DNA of 13,997 nt from a bacterium. Its GTDB lineage: Bacteria > Babelota > Babeliae > Babelales > RVW-14. Made by a program: the position numbers and the translations under genes. Where the stretch lies: positions 1 through 13,997 of the forward strand of contig JBDRBF010000063.1 of NCBI GenBank assembly GCA_043822925.1. The letters run 5' to 3'. Shown piece by piece: positions 1 through 6,719 of this stretch (the first letter of the stretch is position 1; the number at the start of each line of letters is the position of its first letter). The notes beneath the pieces are model-generated. The model had not been told where the DNA came from and searched no databases. It saw only the letters and a list, made by a program, of their open reading frames with translations.

Positions 1-360
1 CCTGTGAGCCTGGTGTTTTAACACTAGGCAGTTGATTTCTTTTTCTTTCCTCAGGCTGGTAAGCCTGAAGCTCCTGTGAGCCTGGTGTTTTAACACTAGG
101 CAGAAGCTTTCTCTTTCTTTCCTCAGGCTGGTAAGCCTGAAGCTCCTGTGAGCCTGGTGTTTTAACACTAGGCAGAAGATTTCTCTTTCTTTCCTCAGGC
201 TGGTAAGCCTGAAGCTCCTGTGAGCCTGGTGTTTTAACACTAGGCAGGTGATTTCTCTTTCTTTCCTCAGGCTGGCAAGCCTGAAGCTCCTGTGAGCCTG
301 GTGTTTTAACACTAGGCAGAAGATTTCTTTTTCTTTCCTCAGGCTGGTAAGCCTGAAGCT
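1..360. repeat. Tandem array of five 72-bp units, each with two hairpins (REP/BIME-like); probably continues beyond the left edge
   Basis: Units at 1-72, 73-144, 145-216, 217-288 and 289-360. Consensus CCTGTGAGCCTGGTGTTTTAACACTAGGCAG-nngn-TTTCTyTTTCTTTCCTCAGGCTGGyAAGCCTGAAGCT. Hairpin A is GCCTGGTGT-TTTA-ACACTAGGC (unit positions 8-29, one G-T pair). Hairpin B is TCAGGCT-GGTA-AGCCTGA (51-68). Differences occur only at unit positions 32-35, 41 and 60. Confidence 0.95.
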
Positions 361-365
361 TTTAA

Positions 366-387
366 GAGCCTATGGTTTTAACCATAG
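366..387. repeat. Variant terminal copy of hairpin A
   Basis: GAGCCTATGGTTTTAACCATAG lies in register with a sixth unit. It has a perfect CTATGGT/ACCATAG stem and keeps the GTTTTAAC core. Confidence 0.8.
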
Positions 388-464
388 AAAAATGCTAATA
401 TTTGCTATCGCTTGTTTTACTTAATTTATCTTGTTTTAGGACTTGTTTTTTGCGAGGGTTTATT

Positions 465-1499
465 ATGTCTGGGCTGTCTGATAAAATATCACAAATTCGT
501 ACAAGTTTCGACGATGCTATTAAGTCTGTAAAAACACTCCAAGAGTTGGACAAATTACGTCTTGAATATGCTGGCAAGTCCGGGCAAGTTACGTTGCTTA
601 TGCAAGATTTTCAGGCTTTGCCGGTCGAAGAGAAGAAAATATTTGGTCCACTTATTAACCAGCTCAAGCAAGATGTTCAAACAGCTTTAGATAACACAAA
701 AAATGCGATTATTAATCAAGTGTCTCAAGCCGCAATAAATAAACAACAAAATTTTGATTTAACAGCGTATGCGCCACGTGCCCATGAAGGGCATTTGCAT
801 CCGTATACGCAGTTTATTGAAGAAATAGAAAATATTTTTATATCAATGGGTTATGAAGTTCTTGATGGGCCAGAGCTTGAAACAGACTTTTATAATTTTA
901 CAGCTCTTAACATCCCGCCAGATCATCCAGCGCGTGATATGTACGATACGTTTTGGACGAATAAAATAAATCACCTTATGCGTACGCATACATCTACTGT
1001 ACAAATACATGCTATGGAAACTAAGCAGTTGCCGATAGCTGCAATTGTTCCTGGACGCACGTATCGTCATGAATCAGTTGATGCTTCACATGATATTATT
1101 TTTATGCAATGTGAGGGTATTTATATTGATACAAATGTAAATTTGTCACATTTGTTTGCAACGGCGCAAACGTTTTTTAAGACGTTATTTAAAAAAGATG
1201 ATCTGGATATTAGAATTCGTCCCGGCTTTTTCCCGTTTGTTGAACCAGGTTTTGAGATTGACGTTCGTTGTCCGTTTTGTAAAGATGGTTGTTCGACGTG
1301 TAAGAAATCAACTTGGATTGAAATTTTCCCTGGTGGGCTTATTCACCCTAATGTTTTGCGTGCCGGTGGTATTGACCCTGAAAAATATTCAGGATTTGCG
1401 TTTGGTTTTGGCTTATCCCGACTTGCTATGTTAAAATATAATATTCACGATGTTCGGTTATTATTGAACGGTAAAATTAAATTTCTGGAACAGTTTTAG
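465..1499 (+). CDS. pheS: Phenylalanine--tRNA ligase alpha subunit
   Basis: Motifs GHLHP, YNFTALNIPPDHPARDMYDTF, MRTHTSTVQ, PGRTYR, FFPFVEP and YSGFAFGFGLSRLAM, plus a CxxC..CxxC insert. The start is placed at ATG 465 (GAGGG RBS just upstream) rather than the track's TTG 402. Confidence 0.97.
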   Translation: MSGLSDKISQIRTSFDDAIKSVKTLQELDKLRLEYAGKSGQVTLLMQDFQALPVEEKKIFGPLINQLKQDVQTALDNTKNAIINQVSQAAINKQQNFDLTAYAPRAHEGHLHPYTQFIEEIENIFISMGYEVLDGPELETDFYNFTALNIPPDHPARDMYDTFWTNKINHLMRTHTSTVQIHAMETKQLPIAAIVPGRTYRHESVDASHDIIFMQCEGIYIDTNVNLSHLFATAQTFFKTLFKKDDLDIRIRPGFFPFVEPGFEIDVRCPFCKDGCSTCKKSTWIEIFPGGLIHPNVLRAGGIDPEKYSGFAFGFGLSRLAMLKYNIHDVRLLLNGKIKFLEQF

Positions 1500-1518
1500 T
1501 AAAAAAGAAAGAGTGGAC

Positions 1519-1580
1519 TGGATCCCAGATGCCTACTACGCCCAGGTGGCTACGAAGGCCAGGCGAGTTTGGGATGACAA
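1519..1580. repeat. Palindromic element TGGATCCCAGAT...TGGGATGACAA with a 34-bp nested insert
   Basis: The ends match the element at 8870-8898. The centre contains GCCTACTACGCCCAGGTGGCTACGAAGGCCAGGC (1531-1564), bounded by GCCT/AGGC. Confidence 0.75.
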
Positions 1581-1613
1581 TTAAATTTTTTTAGCTTTTA
1601 ACGGAGTGTAGTA

Positions 1614-2552
1614 ATGAACGTTACAAAAGCAATTATTCCAGCCGGCGGTCTAGGCACACGGTTTTTGCCTGCAACAAAAACGATGCCCAAAGAGATGCTT
1701 CCCATTTTAGATAAACCGGCCATACAATATATCGTTGAAGAAGGTATAAGTTCTGGAATCCAAAATTTTATAGTCGTTACGGGAAAAAATAAGAACGTGA
1801 TCGAAGATCACTTTGATTATTTTCCTGAGCTTGAGAAATTTCTAAAATTCAAAAAAAAATCTGAACTGCTTGCTGGCATTACAAAAATAGTTAACGTTGC
1901 CAACTTTGTGTATGTGCGGCAAAAAGAGCCTCTTGGGCTTGGGCATGCTGTTTGGTCGGCCAAGCATGTGATTGGGCGGGAGCATGTGGCGATCTTTTTG
2001 CCTGATGACATTATCGATGGCGCAACGCCTGCTATCGCGCAGCTTATGAAGGTTGCTGCACAAGAAAAATGTAACGTGGTGGCGGTTCAAGAAGTGCCAC
2101 TTGAAGACGTATCAAATTATGGAATCATTGGGATTAGGAAGCAATTTTCACCCAATTTATTTCAGATCAAAGAATTGGTAGAAAAACCAAGTATTGCTCA
2201 AGCTCCATCTAACCTTGCTATTGTTGGGCGCTATATTTTGTCGCCCGGTATATTTGATGTACTTGATGAGATGAAAATTGGCACCGGCGGCGAGATTCAA
2301 TTAACTGATGCGATACAAAGTTTATTACTTTCGGGCGAAAAAGTGTTTGCGCTTAAGTTTAGTGGCAAGCGGTATGATATTGGTACGCCATTGGGACTGC
2401 TTAAAGCAAATATAGATTTTGCGCTCAAGCACCCACGTTATTCGCGTGATATTTTGGGATACCTGCAGCAGCTTGATAAAGATTTTGTGGTGATGCAGGG
2501 GTCGGCGCAAGCACTCAATAGAACTAAAAATACGACGGGCATTCAAATATAA
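1614..2552 (+). CDS. galU: UTP--glucose-1-phosphate uridylyltransferase
   Basis: Motifs KAIIPAGGLGTRFLPATKTMPKEMLP, RQKEPLGLGHAV, LPDD, LVEKP, SNLAIVGRYIL and GGEIQLTDA. GGAG RBS upstream. Confidence 0.96.
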   Translation: MNVTKAIIPAGGLGTRFLPATKTMPKEMLPILDKPAIQYIVEEGISSGIQNFIVVTGKNKNVIEDHFDYFPELEKFLKFKKKSELLAGITKIVNVANFVYVRQKEPLGLGHAVWSAKHVIGREHVAIFLPDDIIDGATPAIAQLMKVAAQEKCNVVAVQEVPLEDVSNYGIIGIRKQFSPNLFQIKELVEKPSIAQAPSNLAIVGRYILSPGIFDVLDEMKIGTGGEIQLTDAIQSLLLSGEKVFALKFSGKRYDIGTPLGLLKANIDFALKHPRYSRDILGYLQQLDKDFVVMQGSAQALNRTKNTTGIQI

Positions 2553-2564
2553 AACGTTCTAAAG

Positions 2565-2601
2565 CGTGTAAAAAATGCAATCGCATTGCATTTTTTACAC
2601 G
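2565..2601 (+). terminator. 17-bp perfect inverted repeat just after galU, probable terminator
   Basis: CGTGTAAAAAATGCAAT-CGC-ATTGCATTTTTTACACG, 12 bp after the galU stop; the 3' arm contains T6. Confidence 0.65.
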
Positions 2602-2722
2602 AATCTTCACACTTGACCGTGTTTTTTGTACATTTTGCCCCAAATTATACCGTGCTTTTTGTACGTGAGTTTTTGTCTTTATCGACTGGTACGGTGTAAT
2701 TAGAAGTTGCTTTTATGTTAAA

Positions 2723-2756
2723 AAATTAAGGCGCGGGTTTACCCGCGCCTTAATTT
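2723..2756. terminator. GC-rich hairpin between convergent genes, probable (bidirectional) intrinsic terminator
   Basis: AAATTAAGGCGCGGGT-TT-ACCCGCGCCTTAATTT with A/T-rich flanks, about 50 bp past the stop of the 282-aa gene. Confidence 0.8.
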
Positions 2757-2807
2757 AATGCTCTTTATGAGAACGTTTATTTTTTTAAAATATTTGACGT
2801 TTAATTA

Positions 2808-3656
2808 TCACCATTCGTCATCCCTTGCTTTTGGTTTATAGATCTCTAAAACTTGATTCAGCAAGTAATTTAGGATTTTTTCATCTGTGTTTTTTTTAAG
2901 GTTTATGAATTCTTTGTTTAGTTGCTCTAGGGTAATTTGGGAATTCGTAAGATCAGTTCGGTTTTTGTGGCTTGTTACTTTACTTGCGCCTGTTTTGGGG
3001 CGGAGTTGTTCTATTATATAATTTATTCGGGTTTCATTTTGGGTTATTAATTGCTTTAGTAGTGTTTGAGCGCTAGTGCTTTTCGTGTTGAAGTGCTTGT
3101 TTAAATACTCGCATTTTTGCTTTAAATCTTTGTCTTTTAATAATGTTTCTATTTCTTTTACTTTTGCGGCGTCTAATGCCTTTTCTTCTTCTTCTTCAGT
3201 TAGTTGACGTATTGGTGGGGCAGGTGGTACGACAGGTAGTCTGATAGGTTGTGCGACAATTATCTTTTTATTCATTGCCTTTACAAAATTTCTAGCCTCG
3301 AGTTCACCGGTGCCTTTTAGGTTTCTGATGGTGTTCTTTTCGTTTTCACCTAATAGGTTCCATTTCAGACGGAGTTTTTCAAGAAAAGGTTCGTCATTTT
3401 TTTCAGTAGATTTTTTATATTCTTCAAAAAGAGCCGCAGCTGTCAGGCTTACTGCTTTTTCTCCTATTTTTGCCTTAACCTCTGTTTGTTTTTGCGCAAG
3501 CAGCATAAGCTTTTCTTTGAGCACGTTTAAGCTATTTTTAAATTGTACAATTTGTTGGTCTAGTGTTGCTGTTGCGTGCGAAAAACAGAGCATGCACATT
3601 ATAAATGCCGTGAGAACAAAAGGCGTGTTTTTGTTTGTAAGTTGTTGTTTTTTCAT
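2808..3656 (-). CDS. Hypothetical secreted protein (282 aa) with an N-terminal 34-aa coiled-coil module
   Basis: Basic N-terminus, hydrophobic stretch and A-T-A cleavage site at aa 28-30. Upstream AAGGAG RBS and ATGA overlap with the 627-aa gene. Shares a motif with two neighbouring proteins. Confidence 0.85.
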   Translation of the reverse strand: MKKQQLTNKNTPFVLTAFIMCMLCFSHATATLDQQIVQFKNSLNVLKEKLMLLAQKQTEVKAKIGEKAVSLTAAALFEEYKKSTEKNDEPFLEKLRLKWNLLGENEKNTIRNLKGTGELEARNFVKAMNKKIIVAQPIRLPVVPPAPPIRQLTEEEEEKALDAAKVKEIETLLKDKDLKQKCEYLNKHFNTKSTSAQTLLKQLITQNETRINYIIEQLRPKTGASKVTSHKNRTDLTNSQITLEQLNKEFINLKKNTDEKILNYLLNQVLEIYKPKARDDEW

Positions 3657-5536
3657 TTTTTCTCCTTAAATTCTTCTTCAAAGAGATTTGGATTCAGATT
3701 TTGAAATAATTGAATGTGATCCTTTGTTAATTTTTCTTTGGCTCCAGTCTCGTTAGAAATAAGTGACATGATGGCTTTTCTATAATCCGTCTCTACATGG
3801 TGAGTTTTATATTTCTGATCAGTAGTGAGAAGGTTATTTTTTTTAAAACTTTCTATGAAAACGGATAGTGCGTTATTGTCTGCTTTTATAAGTAAAGAAC
3901 CCAGTTTATCTTTATAAGTGGGAAGCTCCTCTCCGGAATCCTTTGCTACTTTTTTAAAGAAGTTAATTTTATTTACTGGATTTAGCTTAAATAAGGCGGT
4001 GCGTATTGCATCTTGGCCGGTAGTGTCGGTATCTTGGAGCTGTGTTAACGCTTCAAATAATTTGTCAGCAGTTGGGCGTGCTCCTAATACCTCAGCAATT
4101 GGCTTTTTTGAGAGTTCAGTTTTAACAGCTGCTAGATTTTGTGCAAGCAGTACCAACTTTTTTTTCAACTTAGTTAGGCTTGTCTTAAATTGTTCAATTT
4201 TTTCTTCAAGCGAGCCTGGCTTAGGTTTGTTTCGTTCTCTTTCTTCTCGTTCTTGTTTTTCTTTTTCTTCTTTTTCTTTCTTTAGCCTTTCTTGTTCTCG
4301 CTGCTGTTTTTCTTGTTCTTGTTTAAGTTGCTGTTTTTCTTCATTTTCTTGTTTTATTTTTTCCTCTTTTGCTCGTCTTTCTTGTTCATCTTTAAATTGG
4401 GGATTTTTTTCTGCGATTTCTTGAATAGTTTTTATTATTAATGGAATCTCGGTCGACAGGCTTTTTTTCGGTGCTATTCCATCTTTGATAGCCGCTAAGA
4501 AAGCTTCGAGTGTTTGTTTTATAATATCGAGTAATTCGGTTCCTACGTTTGGAGTAGGCCCCTTTTTTTCGGTGAAAATTTTTTTTAGAGTTCCTGTATC
4601 GTAGTCTGTTGGAGTTCCAACGAGCGGGCTTGTGTGATCGGTTTTTAGTAGAGCGAGGGGTATCACAGCCACTTCAAATGTTTTTCCGATTTTGTCTGGG
4701 GCCATGCTTTCAAGAAAGGTTTTTGTGGCTGTTACAAGTTCTCTGTCAGCGTCTGCAGGATTTTTATATTTGTCGTCGAGTTCTTTTTGAAAAAGAGCAT
4801 GCGTTGCCGCATAATTTTCAAATTTGGCTTTGTCAAAAAAATTGCCTACTTTGGGCAATTTTTTTTGTTCTTGTATTTGTGTTCCTGTGCGAAGTTTTTC
4901 AATTTTAAGTAAGAAAGTATCATTTATGTAATCTTTCAATTTTTTTGCTTCATTATCATTTCTGACACCGTGGGTATCGGGATTCTTGTTGCCACCAAAG
5001 GCGATGAGTAATTGTGTTATCATATCGAAGGTTGTTTTTATGACTTCTTCAGAAGGTTTTTTTTGTTCTTTAAAAATATCGACAAGGGCTCCTGTGGGGG
5101 TATCAGTTTTTGTGCCTCCCATTCCAATCTGTTGACCATAGAGGAGATTAGTCTTTTTTTTGAAGAGAATAAGGCTGGCGGTTTTATTTACAAGATCTTG
5201 AGCTTTTGATTTAAATACTTTTGTTGTTTCGTCCCATGTGCCAGGGCTCATATCTTCGTAAAATTTTTTTACGGCTGCTATGAGTTTTGTATCTTCGGCG
5301 CTAGGCTTTGTGAATGTTATTTTGCTCAACTCATCATGTTTTTTTATATATTGTTTGAAGTTTTCCCAATTTAGATTATTTGCATATACATCGTTTGGTT
5401 TATTCCATGTCTTAAGATAATCATCGAGGGTATTTGGTTTTTTAGTTGCCCACAAATCAGAGCTTGTTATAAAACATGCGATAAGCATCATAAAAAATAT
5501 TTTTGTGATATTCAGAATCTTGGCCTGGTGCTTCAT
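3653..5536 (-). CDS. Hypothetical secreted protein (627 aa): two tandem homologous domains, a charged helix and the 34-aa coiled-coil module
   Basis: Long ORF with AAGGAG RBS and signal-peptide-like aa 1-30. Internal repeat at aa ~60-180 and ~239-346, E/K/R/Q-rich helix at aa ~383-436. Confidence 0.88.
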   Translation of the reverse strand: MKHQAKILNITKIFFMMLIACFITSSDLWATKKPNTLDDYLKTWNKPNDVYANNLNWENFKQYIKKHDELSKITFTKPSAEDTKLIAAVKKFYEDMSPGTWDETTKVFKSKAQDLVNKTASLILFKKKTNLLYGQQIGMGGTKTDTPTGALVDIFKEQKKPSEEVIKTTFDMITQLLIAFGGNKNPDTHGVRNDNEAKKLKDYINDTFLLKIEKLRTGTQIQEQKKLPKVGNFFDKAKFENYAATHALFQKELDDKYKNPADADRELVTATKTFLESMAPDKIGKTFEVAVIPLALLKTDHTSPLVGTPTDYDTGTLKKIFTEKKGPTPNVGTELLDIIKQTLEAFLAAIKDGIAPKKSLSTEIPLIIKTIQEIAEKNPQFKDEQERRAKEEKIKQENEEKQQLKQEQEKQQREQERLKKEKEEKEKQEREERERNKPKPGSLEEKIEQFKTSLTKLKKKLVLLAQNLAAVKTELSKKPIAEVLGARPTADKLFEALTQLQDTDTTGQDAIRTALFKLNPVNKINFFKKVAKDSGEELPTYKDKLGSLLIKADNNALSVFIESFKKNNLLTTDQKYKTHHVETDYRKAIMSLISNETGAKEKLTKDHIQLFQNLNPNLFEEEFKEKK

Positions 5537-5663
5537 AGAACATCTCCTTTTTTGACCCTTTTTTAGAACTTCTCTTTTTTAGTTTGCGGCTTGTGTACAT
5601 GTGTTGTGTCGTTTGCCTGTCTGGTTTTGAAGATACCAAGGTTGGTGGTTGAAAGCAATAATG

Positions 5664-5755
5664 CTAAAAAAGAGAGTAGAGGATATGGCGCTTTTTATGC
5701 CCCATATCCTCTACTCTACGTAAACGGCAGTATTTTTTATTTGCTGATTCTTTGT
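5664..5755 (-). repeat. 92-bp direct repeat, copy 1, containing a terminator-like hairpin
   Basis: 88/92 identical to 6574-6665. It has a 16-bp perfect stem (AGAGTAGAGGATATGG/CCATATCCTCTACTCT) followed on the minus strand by CTTTTTT, and lies just downstream of the antitoxin gene. Confidence 0.92.
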
Positions 5756-5812
5756 TTAGGCTTTAATAATTTTTTGATAGGAAACAGTTTGTTGACGAGC
5801 TTAGCGTCTGTT

Positions 5813-6151
5813 TTATATAAACCGTAGTTCTAGGCCGAGAGCGTGAGTTAACGCGGTAATCGTTTTGAACTCGGGATTACCTTTTTCTGATACTGTTTTA
5901 TAGAGGCTTTCGCGGCCTAATTTTGCTTTTTTTGCGATTTTTGTAACGCCACCGCGAGATTCAATAACATTTCTTAATGCGATAAGAAAGAGTTCAAGGG
6001 ATTCAGAGTCACCATCTGTGCTTTGTTCTAAAGCATTATTTAGATAGGCAACAGCAAGGTCATGATCTTTGAGTTTTTCTATGAGCCATTCATTATATGG
6101 AATACTAGGTGAACTTTTTTTTGTTTTTTTAAGTAGTTTAATTTTTGGCAT
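5813..6151 (-). CDS. HTH addiction-module antidote (HigA-type antitoxin)
   Basis: AVAYLNNALE...LFLIALRNVIESRGGVTKIAKKAKLGRESLYKTVSEKGNPEFKTITALTHALG is typical of the putative addiction module antidote family. The start is placed at ATG 6151, overlapping the toxin 3' end. Confidence 0.9.
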   Translation of the reverse strand: MPKIKLLKKTKKSSPSIPYNEWLIEKLKDHDLAVAYLNNALEQSTDGDSESLELFLIALRNVIESRGGVTKIAKKAKLGRESLYKTVSEKGNPEFKTITALTHALGLELRFI

Positions 6152-6479
6152 TTGACTGTTTCCTTGTCTTAAAATCAAGCAAAAACTTTATTGCTACGTT
6201 GATATCTTTTTGTTGGGCTTTTTTGGTTCCACCACATAATAGCACAATAATTTTTGTACCACTTTTGGCATAATACAGCCTATATCCTGGTCCAAAGTGA
6301 AGGCGTAATTCATTAACTCCATTGCTAACTAATTTTGTATCACCAAGATTTCCTAATGTTATTCTATCGAGTCTTTCTAGTATTAAAGTCTTTGCTTTTA
6401 TATCTTTTAATTTTTCAAACCACTCATCAAACGGTATTTTTCCGGAAGATGTTTGATAGAACAATATTTGATAACTCAT
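6138..6479 (-). CDS. RelE/ParE-superfamily toxin (HigB-type addiction module killer protein)
   Basis: PFDEWFEKLKD...RLDRITLGNLGDTKLV..GVNELRLHFGPGYRLYY...LLCGGTKKAQQKDI. The toxin lies upstream of an HTH antitoxin, which is HigBA gene order. Confidence 0.92.
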   Translation of the reverse strand: MSYQILFYQTSSGKIPFDEWFEKLKDIKAKTLILERLDRITLGNLGDTKLVSNGVNELRLHFGPGYRLYYAKSGTKIIVLLCGGTKKAQQKDINVAIKFLLDFKTRKQSNAKN

Positions 6480-6504
6480 GTGATCCCTTTTTTACTATAT
6501 TTTG

Positions 6505-6532
6505 ATTGTATCTTAAAAGATACGTTTTGCAA
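6505..6532 (-). promoter_or_regulatory. Sigma70-like promoter of the TA operon with overlapping palindromic operator
   Basis: The minus strand reads TTGCAA-16 bp-TACAAT. The palindrome GTATCTT-AA-AAGATAC (6508-6523) overlaps the spacer and the -10 box, as expected for antitoxin autorepression. Confidence 0.7.
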
Positions 6533-6573
6533 GGGCATTTCAGGATTTCTTGCTTATATTGGGTTTGTTCTCT

Positions 6574-6665
6574 CTAAAAAAGAGAGGAGAGGATATGGCG
6601 CTTTTTATGCCCCATATCCTCTACTCTACGTAAACGGCAGTAATTTTTATCTGCTTATTCTTTGT
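6574..6665 (-). repeat. 92-bp direct repeat, copy 2, containing a terminator-like hairpin
   Basis: Offset exactly 910 bp from copy 1 with 4 mismatches; lies downstream of the 479-aa ORF. Confidence 0.92.
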
Positions 6666-6693
6666 CATCCTGACCGTGTTTCAGGATCCATTC
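6660..6693 (-). repeat. Palindromic element of the TGGATCC...GGATGACAA family
   Basis: Its reverse complement, GAATGGATCCTGAAACACGGTCAGGATGACAAAG, has the same 34-bp length and the same ends as 8867-8900. Confidence 0.8.
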
Positions 6694-6719
6694 CCCTTTT
6701 CTCTTTTATGGCTAGGCGT

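Noticed and set aside
1-360. CRISPR array interpretation of the 72-bp repeats (palindromic repeat, CRISPR-like period)
   Set aside because: The would-be spacers are nearly identical to each other (only a few variable bases) and contain their own conserved hairpin; there are no cas genes in the window.
402-464. N-terminal extension of PheS from TTG 402
   Set aside because: ATG 465 has an RBS and gives a normal-length PheS; the extension looks like translated AT-rich intergenic DNA.
1226-1350. PheS Cys4 insert and Val in FPFVEP as signs of altered specificity
   Set aside because: The CxxC..CxxC insert is common in many phyla, FPFVEP occurs in Thermus PheRS, and the FAFG pocket motif is intact.
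2696-2723. Possible dif site (TTATGTTAAA resembles the XerD arm)
   Set aside because: There is no credible XerC arm at the 6-bp spacing; likely chance in AT-rich DNA.
3310-5209. Plus-strand ORFs of 119, 168, 99 and 65 aa, and similarly 7591-7788, 8204-8863, 10476-10805 and 10960-11247
   Set aside because: They are antisense shadows of Lys/Glu-rich or conserved genes, with Phe/Ser-rich composition and no recognisable motifs.
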